The notes beneath the pieces were generated by a model. The model did no database searches and was not told the origin of the DNA. It saw only the letters and a list, made by a program, of their open reading frames with translations. The position numbers and the translations under genes were made by a program. This document shows, one piece after another, positions 50,901 to 63,465 of a DNA stretch of 64,000 nt (positions are counted from its first letter, which is position 1; the number at the start of each line of letters is the position of its first letter). Origin of the DNA: Sphyrna mokarran (taxonomy: Eukaryota); contig JAGIQG010000012.1 in assembly GCA_024679065.1 (NCBI GenBank), positions 54,188,001-54,252,000 on the forward strand, read 5' to 3'.

Positions 50901-52861
50901 TTCTGACTTGTGCATTTCGCACATTTTTAAAGAGACTTGAGGCCAATGTAATTTCCCGCTGTGTGACGAAAGATTGGAATGTGTGCGGAGATTCTGGTGA
51001 ACAGATGTTTTAATGAGCATTCCTGAGACACACCACCAGGCAGCAGGATAACCCACCGCTTCAAACTGTTTTTATGCTGGCTGTTCACTGACCTTTGGGT
51101 AGATACTTCTTTGCTCCTTCTCGCCATGAAACCTGCTGTGGGCAGCTTGGAAAAATTCTGCCCTTTATTACAGTAACAACCTTCAAATATGAAATCTTGG
51201 GCTGAATTTTACGTGCCCCATTCTGAGTTTTTTCAGAAGAGTAGTGCATAAAATAGGGTGGGTGCCAATTCTATCACTTTACTGCCCAACCTCAAGCTCA
51301 TTCCCATAGTACAAGCGGTGGGCAAGTACTAAAATTGTCAACACAAATATATAATCAAAGCTCAAATGGGCTAATTAACAAGCCAACTGACCCCAATATT
51401 ACACTGCCCAGGCCTTAATGCAGCTGGAAGCCTTTAGATTTAAAGGGGTTTGGCATCTGGTAAGCTGACAACATCTCCATGTCCTCTTTGCTGGGCTTGT
51501 AATGAGTGAAATATTGAGAGGTTTCCCTCCCAGAATGGCAGCAGGAAAGTGATTAGGAGCAGACAAATGCATTGGGGGATACTGTGAAGCTTTTGGGGTG
51601 GAATGCTGCAAGAACTGAACATGGGGTCAAATTCTGACAAGGGATGTTTTCCAGCCACATGAGACCTTAAGTCCCTTGTACAGGAGGGAGGATAATCCAT
51701 CCCCCCCCCCAAACTTAGGCAGCATTGTGAAGCCAGATAGGATGAGTTGTAATGATATCTCAAGGCCACCGGTTATGGAGGCCAGTCTGTCAGTGATTAG
51801 CGTCTGGGTGCTCAAGTTGGAAGGCTCATTTCATTGATAGCCCATGAGAGCTGTACGAATGAGGTGCCCTCTGAGGATGAATTTGACATTCCAATTGCAG
51901 TCTTCACATAGATCTGACGTGCCACGCCTGCCACAGGGGGAAGCATTGAACTCCAACATACATTCTTATGTGGACAGGACATAGAGGTACATAAGTGTGG
52001 CCCCAAATGCAAGGTGTCATGGTGGAGTCACTCATCAGTCACTTTGCTCAAGGGATGATGTGGGATGATGAGGTAGCATCTCATTTCCTTATGAGGATAA
52101 AACGCAGGTCCTTTGAATCCACTCAACTGCCCTCACTCCTCACCTTGGGGGGGTAGGGAACATGGGCTGCTGACTCTCAAGGGTCAAAGCACTTCATTCA
52201 GCTGGAGTTGAGGGGGGCAATTGAGGGGAATAGCTATTATGTGACTGGAGAGGGAGTGACACTCATTAGAAAAGTGTTCACATAAGGGGGCCAGATTCAG
52301 AAAGATCTGAGGGTCAGGTCATTGTCAGGAATCCTCATTACTCACTTTGATTTTTTCTTCCTTTTAGTTTTTTGAGTCCAGAGGATCATGGAGTGAGTAG
52401 AGCTGGGGATTCTTTTGATTCCGATCGACCCGCAGCAATGATATTGACATGCAGCTACACGTGGCCAGGAATAGTGGTCTGCAGAGGAGGAGGAGGATGG
52501 GTTAATTGCTTTTCTGGGAGCAGGGCCACAGGTAGATGAGTCTCTGAGATATACACTATCGGCCAAACAGATTCCGACATCTGACTTCCTACCCCAGATA
52601 TCAAAGGTCCAGTGCTGGAGAAGATTGCATCTGTCCCAGAGAACAGTGGGCCATTTGTGCCAGCTGATGAAAGAGTTGGCATTGCATGGTCTGAGAGGTC
52701 ACTCATTGCTTGCGACCCTGTAAGTTTTTGCTGCTTTGAATATATATGCCCATTTCAGGGCTGTGTGATAAGTGTTGGGAATCCATGCTGGATGGGAGAT
52801 CACTGGAGGTGTGAAGGGTGTTTGAGGGGGTGCAACTGAAGACATCAGAAAGCAGACTTAT

Positions 52862-53087
52862 TCTGGCTGCGTGACGAAAGTCATTAATCTTTCATGGGCA
52901 TGATTGCCCCATCCTTTTGTGAAGTGAGCTATCATTCACTATCGTAGCCACTGTCTCCTCAGCATGTTTGGAGATCCTGGATGTCTGTTCTTTCATGGGT
53001 CAAGGATGTCTCACCTCTACTCCACACCATCTCAGAGTTTGGTGAGAATTCCTCCGTAAAACATGATGCTATCTTCCTGGCAGCCAT
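52862..53087 (-). pseudogene. Harbinger ORF2-type Myb/SANT-like DNA-binding protein remnant
   Basis: MAARKIASCFTE...HAEETVATIVNDSSLHKRMGQSCP*KINDFRHAAR resembles the AW..VA..V....KRT..QC.KK.NDL pattern of Myb/SANT-like domains; followed by a decayed donor (AGA|ATAAGT). Confidence 0.5.
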
Positions 53088-53356
53088 CCACAAGATTCAT
53101 CTTGGAATTAATACAGGGGAATGCTGCGGAGGTGTTTAAAAGGGGTGTCCGACTGATTAGTGAGATTAAGTTTCCCTGGGGGGTGCATGTCAGAGGCAAG
53201 CCATCATGAACATTGCCGTGTATTATGTGGGGGGGAGAAGAATGTTGTTAAAGAGGCTGAATATATGATGAACTTTCCCGCCGTCAGGGCCAGCAGGATT
53301 CTTCCCAGTTTTCTAACCCGAATTGTCACTGAAAAAATATGGGTAAATTCCGCCCA

Positions 53357-54130
53357 TTGGTTCTGTATGCCAATAGCCTGCACTGCCAATTTTTCTGTGG
53401 CAACACTGCTTTCATTGTGAGCATGTTGGGCACTTGTGTATAGTTTGTGCACAGGATTGATTAGCAATGATGTCAACGGGTAGCTCTTGTTACCCAGTAG
53501 CCACTCTTTACTTTGCCAATGTGGCTCAAATACAGCTGGCACAGTGGACTGCCATAGAATTAAGCTGTCATGACAGTTCTAATTCTGGATACCAAGGATT
53601 GAACTGCATGATTCTGTACATATGGTCACACATTAGCTGGTGTTGAAGGAGTGGAATCTCTTTTGATGGTAGCATCAGGGGACGCCTACACCAGGGGACG
53701 CCTGCAATTCAATGAAGCCATATGACCATTTCAACTGTGCACACTGGCAAGAGAAAACGTAGTCAGCTCTTGATGATCAGAGCATTATTGACATTCTTTG
53801 TGCACTAATGGATGACGGGCTGAAGGTTGTTCATATTTCCAGCTCCAGCCTGGTTAAAAGTTTATTGTCACCCAAACCTTTGTAACCATTGCTACTCTGG
53901 TCCTTGAGTCCACAGGGGTGGTTGTAGCAGGCTGACAAGTTTCAGTGAAGATGTCCATACTGAAGCACAGATATCACATACCTTGTAGTTCACTGAGATT
54001 GAAGTAGGTGTATTGTTTTCTGAACACCTTGAATGTATATAGTCCCCAGCTCAGAGCCTCTCCTTCTTCTCTTCCTCTTTCCACTTCCAGCAAGTTGGTC
54101 TCAGTTCATTTTTCAAATCATGCTGAGTTC
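53357..54130 (-). mobile_element. Second Harbinger transposase remnant
   Basis: VFRKQYTYFNLSE, RFHSFN..LMCDH, SCHDSLIL and WLLGNKSYPLTSLLINPV...HNESSVATEKLAVQAIG on the minus strand; heavily disrupted. Confidence 0.75.
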
Positions 54131-54743
54131 CATGAGTGTACTAATCTTCCCATGTCTGAGAGCAACTGGAGAAGTCTAAAAGTGACAAAAATGCTCTGTG
54201 CATCTCATGCAGCTTGTATGGACAAGTATGAGGAGGACAGTAGTGTGAATGAGCAGGCTGACCTGTGCAGTTGACCCCCTTGGTACAGGAGGCTATTCAA
54301 GTGGGATGAGTTAAAAGGAATGTCATAGTAGCAGATCTCCTTATAGTTCTTGGCAATCTTAAACAACCACAGAAAGCACCTAAGACTTGTAAAATAGAAG
54401 CGACACCATGGAGAACAAACTACCTGTAAATGGTTGATGATCCCTTAGATTGTGTGGGGAAAGGTGAGCTTGGTGGGAGGGGGTCTTTCTATCCTTCCTC
54501 TGAGCAGAATATGAACCCCAGGAATTTGGTGAGTGAGGAAGTTTTAAGGGTTAATTTCTCTCAAGTTTAGTCTTTTTTAGAATCATAGAACCCTACAGTG
54601 CAGAAAGAGGCCTTTCAGCCCATCGAGTCTATACCAAACACATTTTAATGTAACATTTAGTTAAAAATAAGCTTATTTCAGACTTAAACATGGAAATGCC
54701 AGTTTTCTGAAGGCAGCTGTCACTAGTTAATAGCTGTGTGGGT

Positions 54744-54943
54744 TAATGTTTCCTCTGGGTGCTCCAGTTTCCTCCCACAGTTTAAAGATGTATGGGTTAG
54801 GTTGATTGGCCATGCTAAATTGACCCTACTGTCAGGGGATTAGCAGGGTAAATATGTAGGGTTACAGGAATGGAGCCTGTGTGGGATTGTGGTCAGTGCA
54901 GACTCGATGGGCTAAATGGCCTGCTACTATAGGGATTCTATGA
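54744..54943 (+). mobile_element. HE1/V-SINE, 5'-truncated
   Basis: TTTCCTCTGGGTGCTCCAGTTTCCTCCCACAG...GGCCATGCTAAATTG...GGGATTCTATGA. Confidence 0.85.
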
Positions 54944-55089
54944 TCACTGTTATTCAGAAAGTATAAACCCAGGAATTTATGAGTGCACTTGAGAACACAG
55001 AGGCTGAAACCAGCAGTTTTATGAGTAAGGGAGATCAGTAATAAGGGGAACAGTAAATTAGTTGAGAAAAGTAAAATTAATTAACACAA

Positions 55090-55780
55090 TCAAGATGGCA
55101 GAATGGGTGGTGTTTCATGGCTGCAGAATATGGGAACTCCTGGATGCCATTGCAATCCATGGCATCCATATCTGCAGTAAGTGTTCGTGGACTTAGGAAG
55201 CTTCAGCTCAGAGTTGATGAACTGGAGGCTGGGAGGAAGACACTTTGTTATAGCAGGCAGTCAAACATCTCCAGGTGGCTTCTTTTGATTTGCTCAGCGC
55301 TCGTGGACAGGAAGGTGTGACTGTGTAATATGCATGTAAGAGGACTAAAAAGGTGGCAGTGGAAGAGCCTCACTCTCTTTGCAATTCAACAACAAGTTCA
55401 AGGTTCTTGCAGCTTGTATGGACAAGTATGAGGAGGACAGTAGTGTGAATGAGCAGGCTGACTTGTGCGGTTGGCCTCCTTGGTACGGGAAGCCATTCAA
55501 GTGGGGTGAGTTAGAATGAATGTTATGGTAGCAGGTCACTGTATAGTCAGGGGGATAGATTCTGTTCCCCTCAGCAGCGAATGAGAATCCAAAAGGTTGT
55601 GATGCCTGCCCAGTGCCAAGGTTTGGTTTATGTGCTCAGAGCTCTAAAGGAATGTACAGTGGGAAGGTTCCAGTTGGCATAGCCCATGTTGGTACCAAAG
55701 ACAGAAGTAAGGCTAGAAAGAAGTTAAAGAGAATGATGAACTAACAAGTAAAGCAGAACCTGAAATTACATCTGTATTAC
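55090..55780 (+). mobile_element. CR1 ORF1 remnant (zinc-finger/coiled-coil plus SGNH esterase-like)
   Basis: HICSKC..LRKLQLRVDELEA, LQFNNKFKVL, VMVAGHCIVRGID (GDSIVRG motif), CLPSAKV and AHVGTKD. Confidence 0.7.
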
Positions 55781-57006
55781 TAAGTGGTCTGCAAAGAGAC
55801 AGGGAAATCACTTATTCCCTTTGAATAAACCACAGCTGTCAATCAAGCTAAGTAAACATTGGGATTATGGAGCATTGGAAGTACTTGAGATGCATTCAAG
55901 AATAAAAGGAAAACCAGTAGTGATTTGTGTGGGCATGATGTCATACCACCGGCAGGAGAGGAGTGAGAGAATTCAATATGGCTAGACACTATGGTGTAAA
56001 GGCATTTAATGATTAACATTTATTTAAAATCTTGCAAATTTGGTTCATACCCTGATCATATCACTGGCACGGGGCAGGGAATGTCTCAAATTGAGACCTT
56101 GCTGCGAATCTCGTTTTGGTCCTCTTCTGAGATTTAGCCGCCATAATGGGATTTGCAACTGAGATGAACAGCACTAGATCTTGCCCATTAAGTTTGAACA
56201 TGATGTAGTTCAATCAGAGAACAGGGTCTTATTCTAAACAAAGGAAACTGTGAGGATTGCGAAAAAAGAGGCCAGCCAAAGCTCTGCATCTTGCACTCAC
56301 GACATTTTACAGTCCAAATGCCATGCCCAATGTAATTGTACATCCATACAGCACAGAAAGTGCCCTCTATGCCCATAATATCTGTGCCAGCTCTTTGATA
56401 GGACATTCCAATTGATCTAACTCCCCGTCTCCAAAGTGCTGTCTTTTTTTTCCCCTTCAAGTATTTATCCATTTTGCTTTTGACCGTTACAATTGACTTG
56501 TTGCATGGTTACAATTTGCTGTATTAACAAATAATAAACTGTTTATCTGGTAAATGTTTGCAAATCTTTGACGCTCATGTAAGTCAGGTAGAACACTCTA
56601 GAATTGCATCTAAACTGAATGCCTTCAAACCCTCCCATATATCTGGATTCAGCTGAAGAGCTAATTAATTGCAATTGGATCTTACTGAAGAAATATTATG
56701 TATTTAAACTCCATTGTAAGTTTAACCAAGTCAAAAGCAGTAATTATAAAATGCACTCCAGCATATTCATATTAAGTTATACAAGTTATATTTGTTATAT
56801 TGCAGCTATCTATAAATTAAAGTTTTGTATTCAGATCCTAAGCAAAGAATAGGAAAGAATATTCAGGAAAGAATATTCTACTATGATATTCTACTATTCT
56901 ACTATAATCACTTTTTTTTTTACAAATTCTTAATCATAGAACATTCAAGATAATTGTTCTATCCACAGTCTGAAGAACATCAACAAAATCTGTACGAATA
57001 GGCATT

Positions 57007-57403
57007 GAATAGGCTGAGGGACCTGAAGTTATTTTCATTAGAGAGAAGAAGGTTACGCGGTGACCTAATTGAGGCTATAAGATGATCAAGGGATTGGATA
57101 GGGTGGATAGTGAGAGCCTTTTTCCTCGGATGGTGATGACCAACACGAGAGGACATAACTTTAAATTAAGAGGTGGTAGTTATAGGACGGATGTCAGAGG
57201 CAGGTTCTTTACACAGAGGGTGGTGAGAGCGTGGAATGCCCTGCCTGCAGCAGTTGTGGACTCGCCTACTTTGGGGGCATTCAAATGTTCGGTGGATAGG
57301 CATATGGATGATATTGGAATAGTTTAGGTTAGAGGGTCCACTGGCCGGCGCAACATCGAGGGCCGAAGGGCCTGTACTGCGCTGTAATGTTCTATGTTCT
57401 ATG
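57007..57403 (+). mobile_element. CR1 LINE 3' end, same family as 14600-15094
   Basis: LEKRRLRGDLIEAYK-like segment then MIKGLDRVDSESLFPRM...FFTQRVV; (GTTCTAT)n tail; ends about 125 nt from the exon 13 donor. Confidence 0.95.
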
Positions 57404-57529
57404 ATTCTTGTCCAATGCCAGTTGAATTAGTAGAATTTCCCACTCACACACTACATCAGGTTTTGGATTCAACGTGCTTACATCTTTATTAGCAAAGAAA
57501 TTCATCTATCATGCTGCATTCACACTTAC

Positions 57530-58171
57530 CTGGCCTGCATTGATCACACTGTTTTTCCTGACGATTTGGCTGACAAATACACTGACCATTGCTTTGGTTA
57601 CAAACAGTTCCTTCCACTGTCCCTGCAGGATCACAGTTACACCATTGACAGCCTTCAGGGTTGGACGAGCTGAGGTTGAAAGTATGAGGAACACATTGAT
57701 CACAATGCAGGCCTGTAATGTTTGTTTTACACAGACACTGCCCCGTGGATTTGTCACAATCCATTGAGCTATTTATTGTGCCTGCTGTGTCACAACTGCA
57801 AGGTAAGCAGGCCAAGGAGTTACTCACATGTAGAGCATAATATCCATCCAGGCAAGCGTCACACCTCTGTCCTCCAACATTAAGTTTACAAGCACACTGA
57901 CCTGTTTCAGGATCGCATATGGTTTCAAGGACTGATCCTGCTGAGTCACACTCACAAGGTTTGCAGCCATCAGCATCCAGTCCATAGAAATTATCCATGC
58001 AAGTGTCACATTGAAATCCTGTGATGTTTGCCTTGCAGTTACATTGTCCGCTGTACGGGTTACAGAACTGGTCCTCAGAACCATTGATATTACAGTCACA
58101 TGATTCACATCCATCGGAATTTGAACTGTTCAATAGTTTGAAGCCAAAGTTGCAGCGTTCGCATTTTATCC
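57530..58171 (-). CDS. USH2A: Usherin exon (human exon 13 equivalent), laminin EGF-like repeats
   Basis: ttctttcAG|GG and CCAG|GTaagt; 642 nt, phase 1-1; GIKCERCNFGFK...CNPYSGQC...CDQCRPG with the LE cysteine spacing of usherin; lies inside ORF 57489..58244. Confidence 0.97.
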
Positions 58172-60154
58172 CTGAAAGAATTTTAAAAATAAATAAATGA
58201 AAGCTATGAGAAAATAAGAACTGAAAATCAATTTTTACTAACACTTGTTCATGTGTGTAATTTGATTATTATGAAAAATGTTAATATTCAAATAATAATT
58301 GCAGAGATTATTAGTTTTTAAAAATATAGTTATTGATTTATAAACCTTTCAGGATTAGTTTTAGGAACTAGATCTAAAAAAAGAAATAATAGTAGAATAC
58401 AGAAGTCCCACATTTTGGCAAGTTTCCTTTATCTCTTGATTAACATTACCTTCAGTTACTGGAGACATCCAACAAGTTAAATATATTTCCATTATCTCAA
58501 AAAATGCAAATATCTGTTATACTTGAAAACATGGTCTGTGAAATAATATATTACAGTGGAATAAAAATGCAGTAAAAAGTTCAGCAGAAAGCAACTGCTT
58601 GCACTATGATTGATGACTTACCTAAGGCATAACATTTAATTTCAGTAAGAAAAATAAAAGTACTAGCAACACTACAAATTTTAAAGTAACTGTATTGTGA
58701 AAAGAGTTATGACTCATTCCAAACTATTAAAATCAGTCTAGGGGGATTCACCTCATCATTTCTAAAAATATACATAGCACTTATTTGAATTTGTCATGCA
58801 TGTTCATGACAGCTAATCTGTCTCCAGTGTTACTGAGCAAAGCCTACAGGGCATTGCGTCCAGTTTCTTACAGGGTTAACAAGAAAGTAGGGAGAGGTTT
58901 CCAGATCCATTAGGCATTTAAGGCACAATCTCTACCTGTCACTTTTTATTCTAGATAAGTGACCTACTTTACAAATTTCTTTGTATTGAATAATTCATTT
59001 ACAACACAATTGTACAACCATATTAACTGTAGTAAAAATCAACCTCTTGTGCACCACTCTTGTACCACATACTTCAAAATGTAATGATGTTATGAAGCTC
59101 CTTTTGTGCATAACAAGGAAACAGCATTGATGATAATAGAGATAAGGCGGATCTAAGGTTCTAAACAGCAATGTATCATCTAGAATACAATTCAGCCATT
59201 ACTTGCTTTATCATATTCTATTTCTGAAGTTCAGCCTGATAACAAAGATAAAAATATTAATAGCAATAAAGATTTTTCTCCCAGTGTAACAGAAAAGGTT
59301 ATCAAATATCCTTCAACATCAAAACTGATCACATTACATAAGTCTTTTTCACATCTCTGCTCTGTTGCTTAATGTTGTTCATTACAATCCACATTAGCTT
59401 TAATCAGGGTCCATTTTAGAAGCAGCATTTACAGCTAACTGCTATGCAAATGAAATGGTAAATTTTTTTTGATCCATATGTATGGACTGGGACATGTTCT
59501 GCTACAATGCAAAGCACACTTTATCAAGAATGCTCCCTGCATAATATTCCCATACATCAAAATTTCAAAGTGCATTATACACACAATGTATTTTGAGCAC
59601 TTGATAAATTTTGCCCTATGTAGCTGTTAGTACCTTCAAGTAAGTTGCAGGTAACAAATTGCTTTAATCAAATCTAATTTCTGAAAATACCAGTGGGAAC
59701 TACAAAACATAAAAGCAAATATCACAAAAACGTGATAAATAACAGAGAATATGGTAGTTTGTTATAATCAACTTGGCAGTGAATTGCAAAATTAAAATTA
59801 TCTGGCCCTTGATAACTAACCACATATATAGATCTTTGAAGTAATGATAAGTCTCTTGCATTTTATAAGAATTGTTCAAAGGCATACAATAACAGAATGA
59901 AAAAGGATTTATCATAAAGCAGCTCATTGCATGCAAGCCCTTTGAAGAAATACTTTAAACTGGACTTTAACAGCAACTATTAAGTTGGCTTGTGTGCTCA
60001 GAATATATTAGACAATTATAACCTTGCACATGTGTCTGAGATGTTTAGCAAACATTTGTTTAATAACTTCATAAGAATGGCTCGTGACTGACAGACTTCG
60101 GGTCAAATTCATAACCAGCAGGTTATGATACACAAAATCTTATATTTCACCTAC

Positions 60155-60350
60155 CGATAACATTTGCTTTGCACTTGCATTGACCTGAATTTTGGTGACA
60201 GGTAATATCTCCATTGACTGTCCCAGAGGTATTACAGTTACAAGGACTGCAGCCATCAGGGTCTGAGAAGCGCAGATTATAGAATCCATCCTGGCACTGA
60301 TTACACTGTCTGCCAGACACGCGTCTCTTGCATTTACACTGGCCTCCAAT
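60155..60350 (-). CDS. USH2A: Usherin exon (human exon 12 equivalent), laminin EGF-like domains
   Basis: Acceptor ctctttAG|ATT and donor ATCG|GTaggt; 196 nt; translates IGGQCKCKRRVSGRQCNQCQDGFYNLRFSDPDGCSPCNCNTSGTVNGDITCHQNSGQCKCKANVI(G); phase joins the next exon. Confidence 0.95.
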
Positions 60351-62579
60351 CTAAAGAGATTAAAAATATGCTGGGATGAGTAGAAGCAGATGATGGCTAC
60401 AATGATTTGTTTTGTTATATTTCTAACAAAAATGTCAGCCAAAAGGAGAATAGAGAGAAAGTGAAATGAACAATAGGAAGGAAAAAAAACAATGAGAGAT
60501 GAGGACAACCATGTCTGAAAACAGAAAGAGTTTTCAACAAATGCAAATAGAAACAAGAAAATGGTAAACTATGCAATTGAAGACATAAATATGGAAGGTA
60601 CATACTGAAAAAATGTAAATCTAAGTAATGAATGAAATATAAGGGCAACTTTTAACTCACATTTCATGCATTGACTATAAGAAATTGATTTGTAGTTTTT
60701 CATTATTTGTTATAATGTAATTATATTTTCATTTCACTATTGACTTCATATTGGAGTAGATGATTGAAACCAAGATGTTCCCTATGGTCTGAAAATATTC
60801 TGTAGGTTTTTGATAACTTTAATACAATACTTTTGTTACTGCAGTATTAAGGAGGCAACAAAGTATTTACATACTTAATGAAGTAGGTGTTGACTTTGTG
60901 TGACAGGATAAAATGGGTAATATCAGGTCAGCAGCCCATTGGCTTCAATCAGAATAAAAATCAAGAGAGATGTCAATATGAAAAATATATTTTTTGATAA
61001 GGCATCATAATTTGATGCTGAACAGATTAAGTTCTGTACACATAACATACCGTACCAAATTTTAACAAAGTATAACTGCCGCCATGATGAGAAATTCACA
61101 GCGAAAAATGATATCAATACCTTCTCTATATATTTAAGGTCATTTACAGAGCTGGTTAAGTTCTATTGAACAATGTTAACACCATGCCTTCGCCCTTCAT
61201 TATCAGTGACAATAAAATCATGGTTATTGGCACTGCTTTTATTACTTTGTTATGGTATGAGAAAGGCTTGTGCACTCTGACATGATATCCCTTAATGATG
61301 TTCGAGAATAAATTGTTAGAGTTGTTTTCTCTTTCCATCCCAACTTTTAGTTATGTTTTTATTGGTATGATTTGTAAGTTAAACAGAAATTCCATGCTCT
61401 TGCAGGAAGAGTCAATTGTTAACCAGGATTAACTGGCTGACTGAATCTATGGAATGGGAATTTTCTTTTTGAAATTCACAGTGAGTTTATCCAGATCATA
61501 TCCGTTAATGAATGAAGACATTTTCTTACAGTGTCAGAAACTGTATTGGTGGGCAATTAAATCTTCTCTCTGATCAGGATAGTCATTCCCTTACCAAAAG
61601 TAACAGGAGTTCATGTTGTACTGTTGGTCACACCCATAGGTCGAAAAATTAGTGGGACATTGCTGCAAGAAATTAGGAAACATTGGAGAGTAGGTAATTC
61701 AGTCCTATTGGCTGATCTGCCATTCAATTAGATCACAGTTAATCCATACTCCAGTTCTAGCAACTTTTCTATTACCCTGCAAGCTGTTGACCATTACTGC
61801 TTGATTTGATAACAGTGGTCTCGAAAGTGATCATTGCCCAAGTTCAGTTGGCTATATGAGTACAGGAGTATCTTGGTAATGAATTGGAACATAATATCTT
61901 TCAGTTCAATAGATATTTAGAATTAAATAAAGGCAGTATTTTACATTCCCCTCAGGGACGGGTTGACAGGCAGTGGAGGATGTAAAATTGGTCATCATGT
62001 CAGTAATGCCATGTCCATCACCTACATGCCCACACCTAAGCCAATAATGGTCACTTATAGACCTCCCCTCCTACTAGTATTTTACCCATGGCAGAGAAGG
62101 CTGGCATCAAGGGTCCAGGCCGCCATGTAAAACCTGACAGCATGATGGCCAGATGGACTTTAGGAGGTGGGGATGGGATAACCTCCTGTTCGGGAATCCT
62201 CATCTGAGATACCTCTCCCCCTCCTCCTCCATCAAGGGCGTTCCTACCACTCTGTTAATCCCAATAAATCCCCCACCATCCTCCTGGCCACAGCCTGCCA
62301 ACCTGATCCCATTAAGCCTAAGGATTGTCCTGGCAAGGTTGCAACAAGACAGCTGCTGGTTATTTGATTGGTTGGTGTTCTTGGAGGTCCCCCAGTAGGG
62401 ACAAAAGTCAAAAACACTAAGCCAATTAATAGTGAAAGAAGCATAACATGGCTGCTGTACAGGAAGGTTTGGTTCTGATTTTATGTCAAAGTGGTGAGGC
62501 AATTCTACACCACATCCCCTCCCCAACACAACAGTGAGGATAGACCAAATTCTACACTTCTAAAGAGTGCACAGTATCA

Positions 62580-63150
62580 GACAACATTGACAGAATGGTT
62601 TGCTGAGTATATGGGATTTTAGACTTCATAAATGGAGGCAATGAGTACAAAAGCAAGGAGGCATGTTGAACATTTTTAATGCTCTGGTTAGGCCATAGGT
62701 GCAGGATTGCAGGCAGTGCTAGTCGTCATCTTTTTGGAAAATGTCTCTCCTTTGGCGAGGTGCAGAAGAGATTTATCAGAACATTTTCAGAACGAGGAGG
62801 ATTTTACAGGGTTAGGTTGGAATATCTGAGGATATTCCCCTGGAGAATTGATTTGATAGAAGTATTATGACCAGATTTGAATAAAATAGGCAAGGAAAAC
62901 CTATTCTTATTCCCAGTAACTGACAGTAAAATGGAGAGGAGAAACAGATTTAAGGTTTTGAACAAGAGATGCAGGGGGATTGTGGGAAGAACCTTTTCAC
63001 ACAACGAGTATTGATGATCTAGAACTGTAGACTACAAAGGGATTTGGATGGACATTTGATAGGAGTATGCCTGCACAACAATGAGGATTGGCAGGGGAGT
63101 AGGCCTGAATTTACTGCTTTGCGAAGAATTTGCTCTGACTCTATGCAGCA
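62580..63150 (+). mobile_element. Old, degenerate CR1 3' fragment
   Basis: EVQKRFIRT...RLEYL...DLIEV and FSQQRV-like remnants. Similar decayed minus-strand pieces lie near 10990-11450 and 56340-56500. Confidence 0.6.
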
Positions 63151-63294
63151 TAAATGACTCTATGATGCTAACAAGGTGATACCAAGATAGTGTCCATTTG
63201 GAATAGATTTCTCGCTTCAAAAAGCTCTGATACAATAGAAAATATTAAAGCTGCCTGTTTTATATTCCGTCACCGGAAAGGATCCACGATAGGT

Positions 63295-63465
63295 AACAAA
63301 AACAGAAAATGCTGGGAAAAACTCAGCAGGTCTGACAGCATCTGTGCAGAGAGAATAGAGCCAACATTATGAATCTGGATGATCCTTCGTTGTCTCTATT
63401 CTTTCTCCACAGATGCTGGCAGACCTGCTGAGATTTTCCCAGCATTTTCTGTTTTTGTTTCAGAT
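63295..63465. mobile_element. Palindromic Penelope-derived miniature element (second family)
   Basis: AACAAAAACAGAAAATGCTGGGAAAACTCAGCAGGTCTG...AGAATAGAG pairs with CTCTATTCT...CAGACCTGCTGAGATTTTCCCAGCATTTTCTGTTTTTGTT. Confidence 0.85.
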
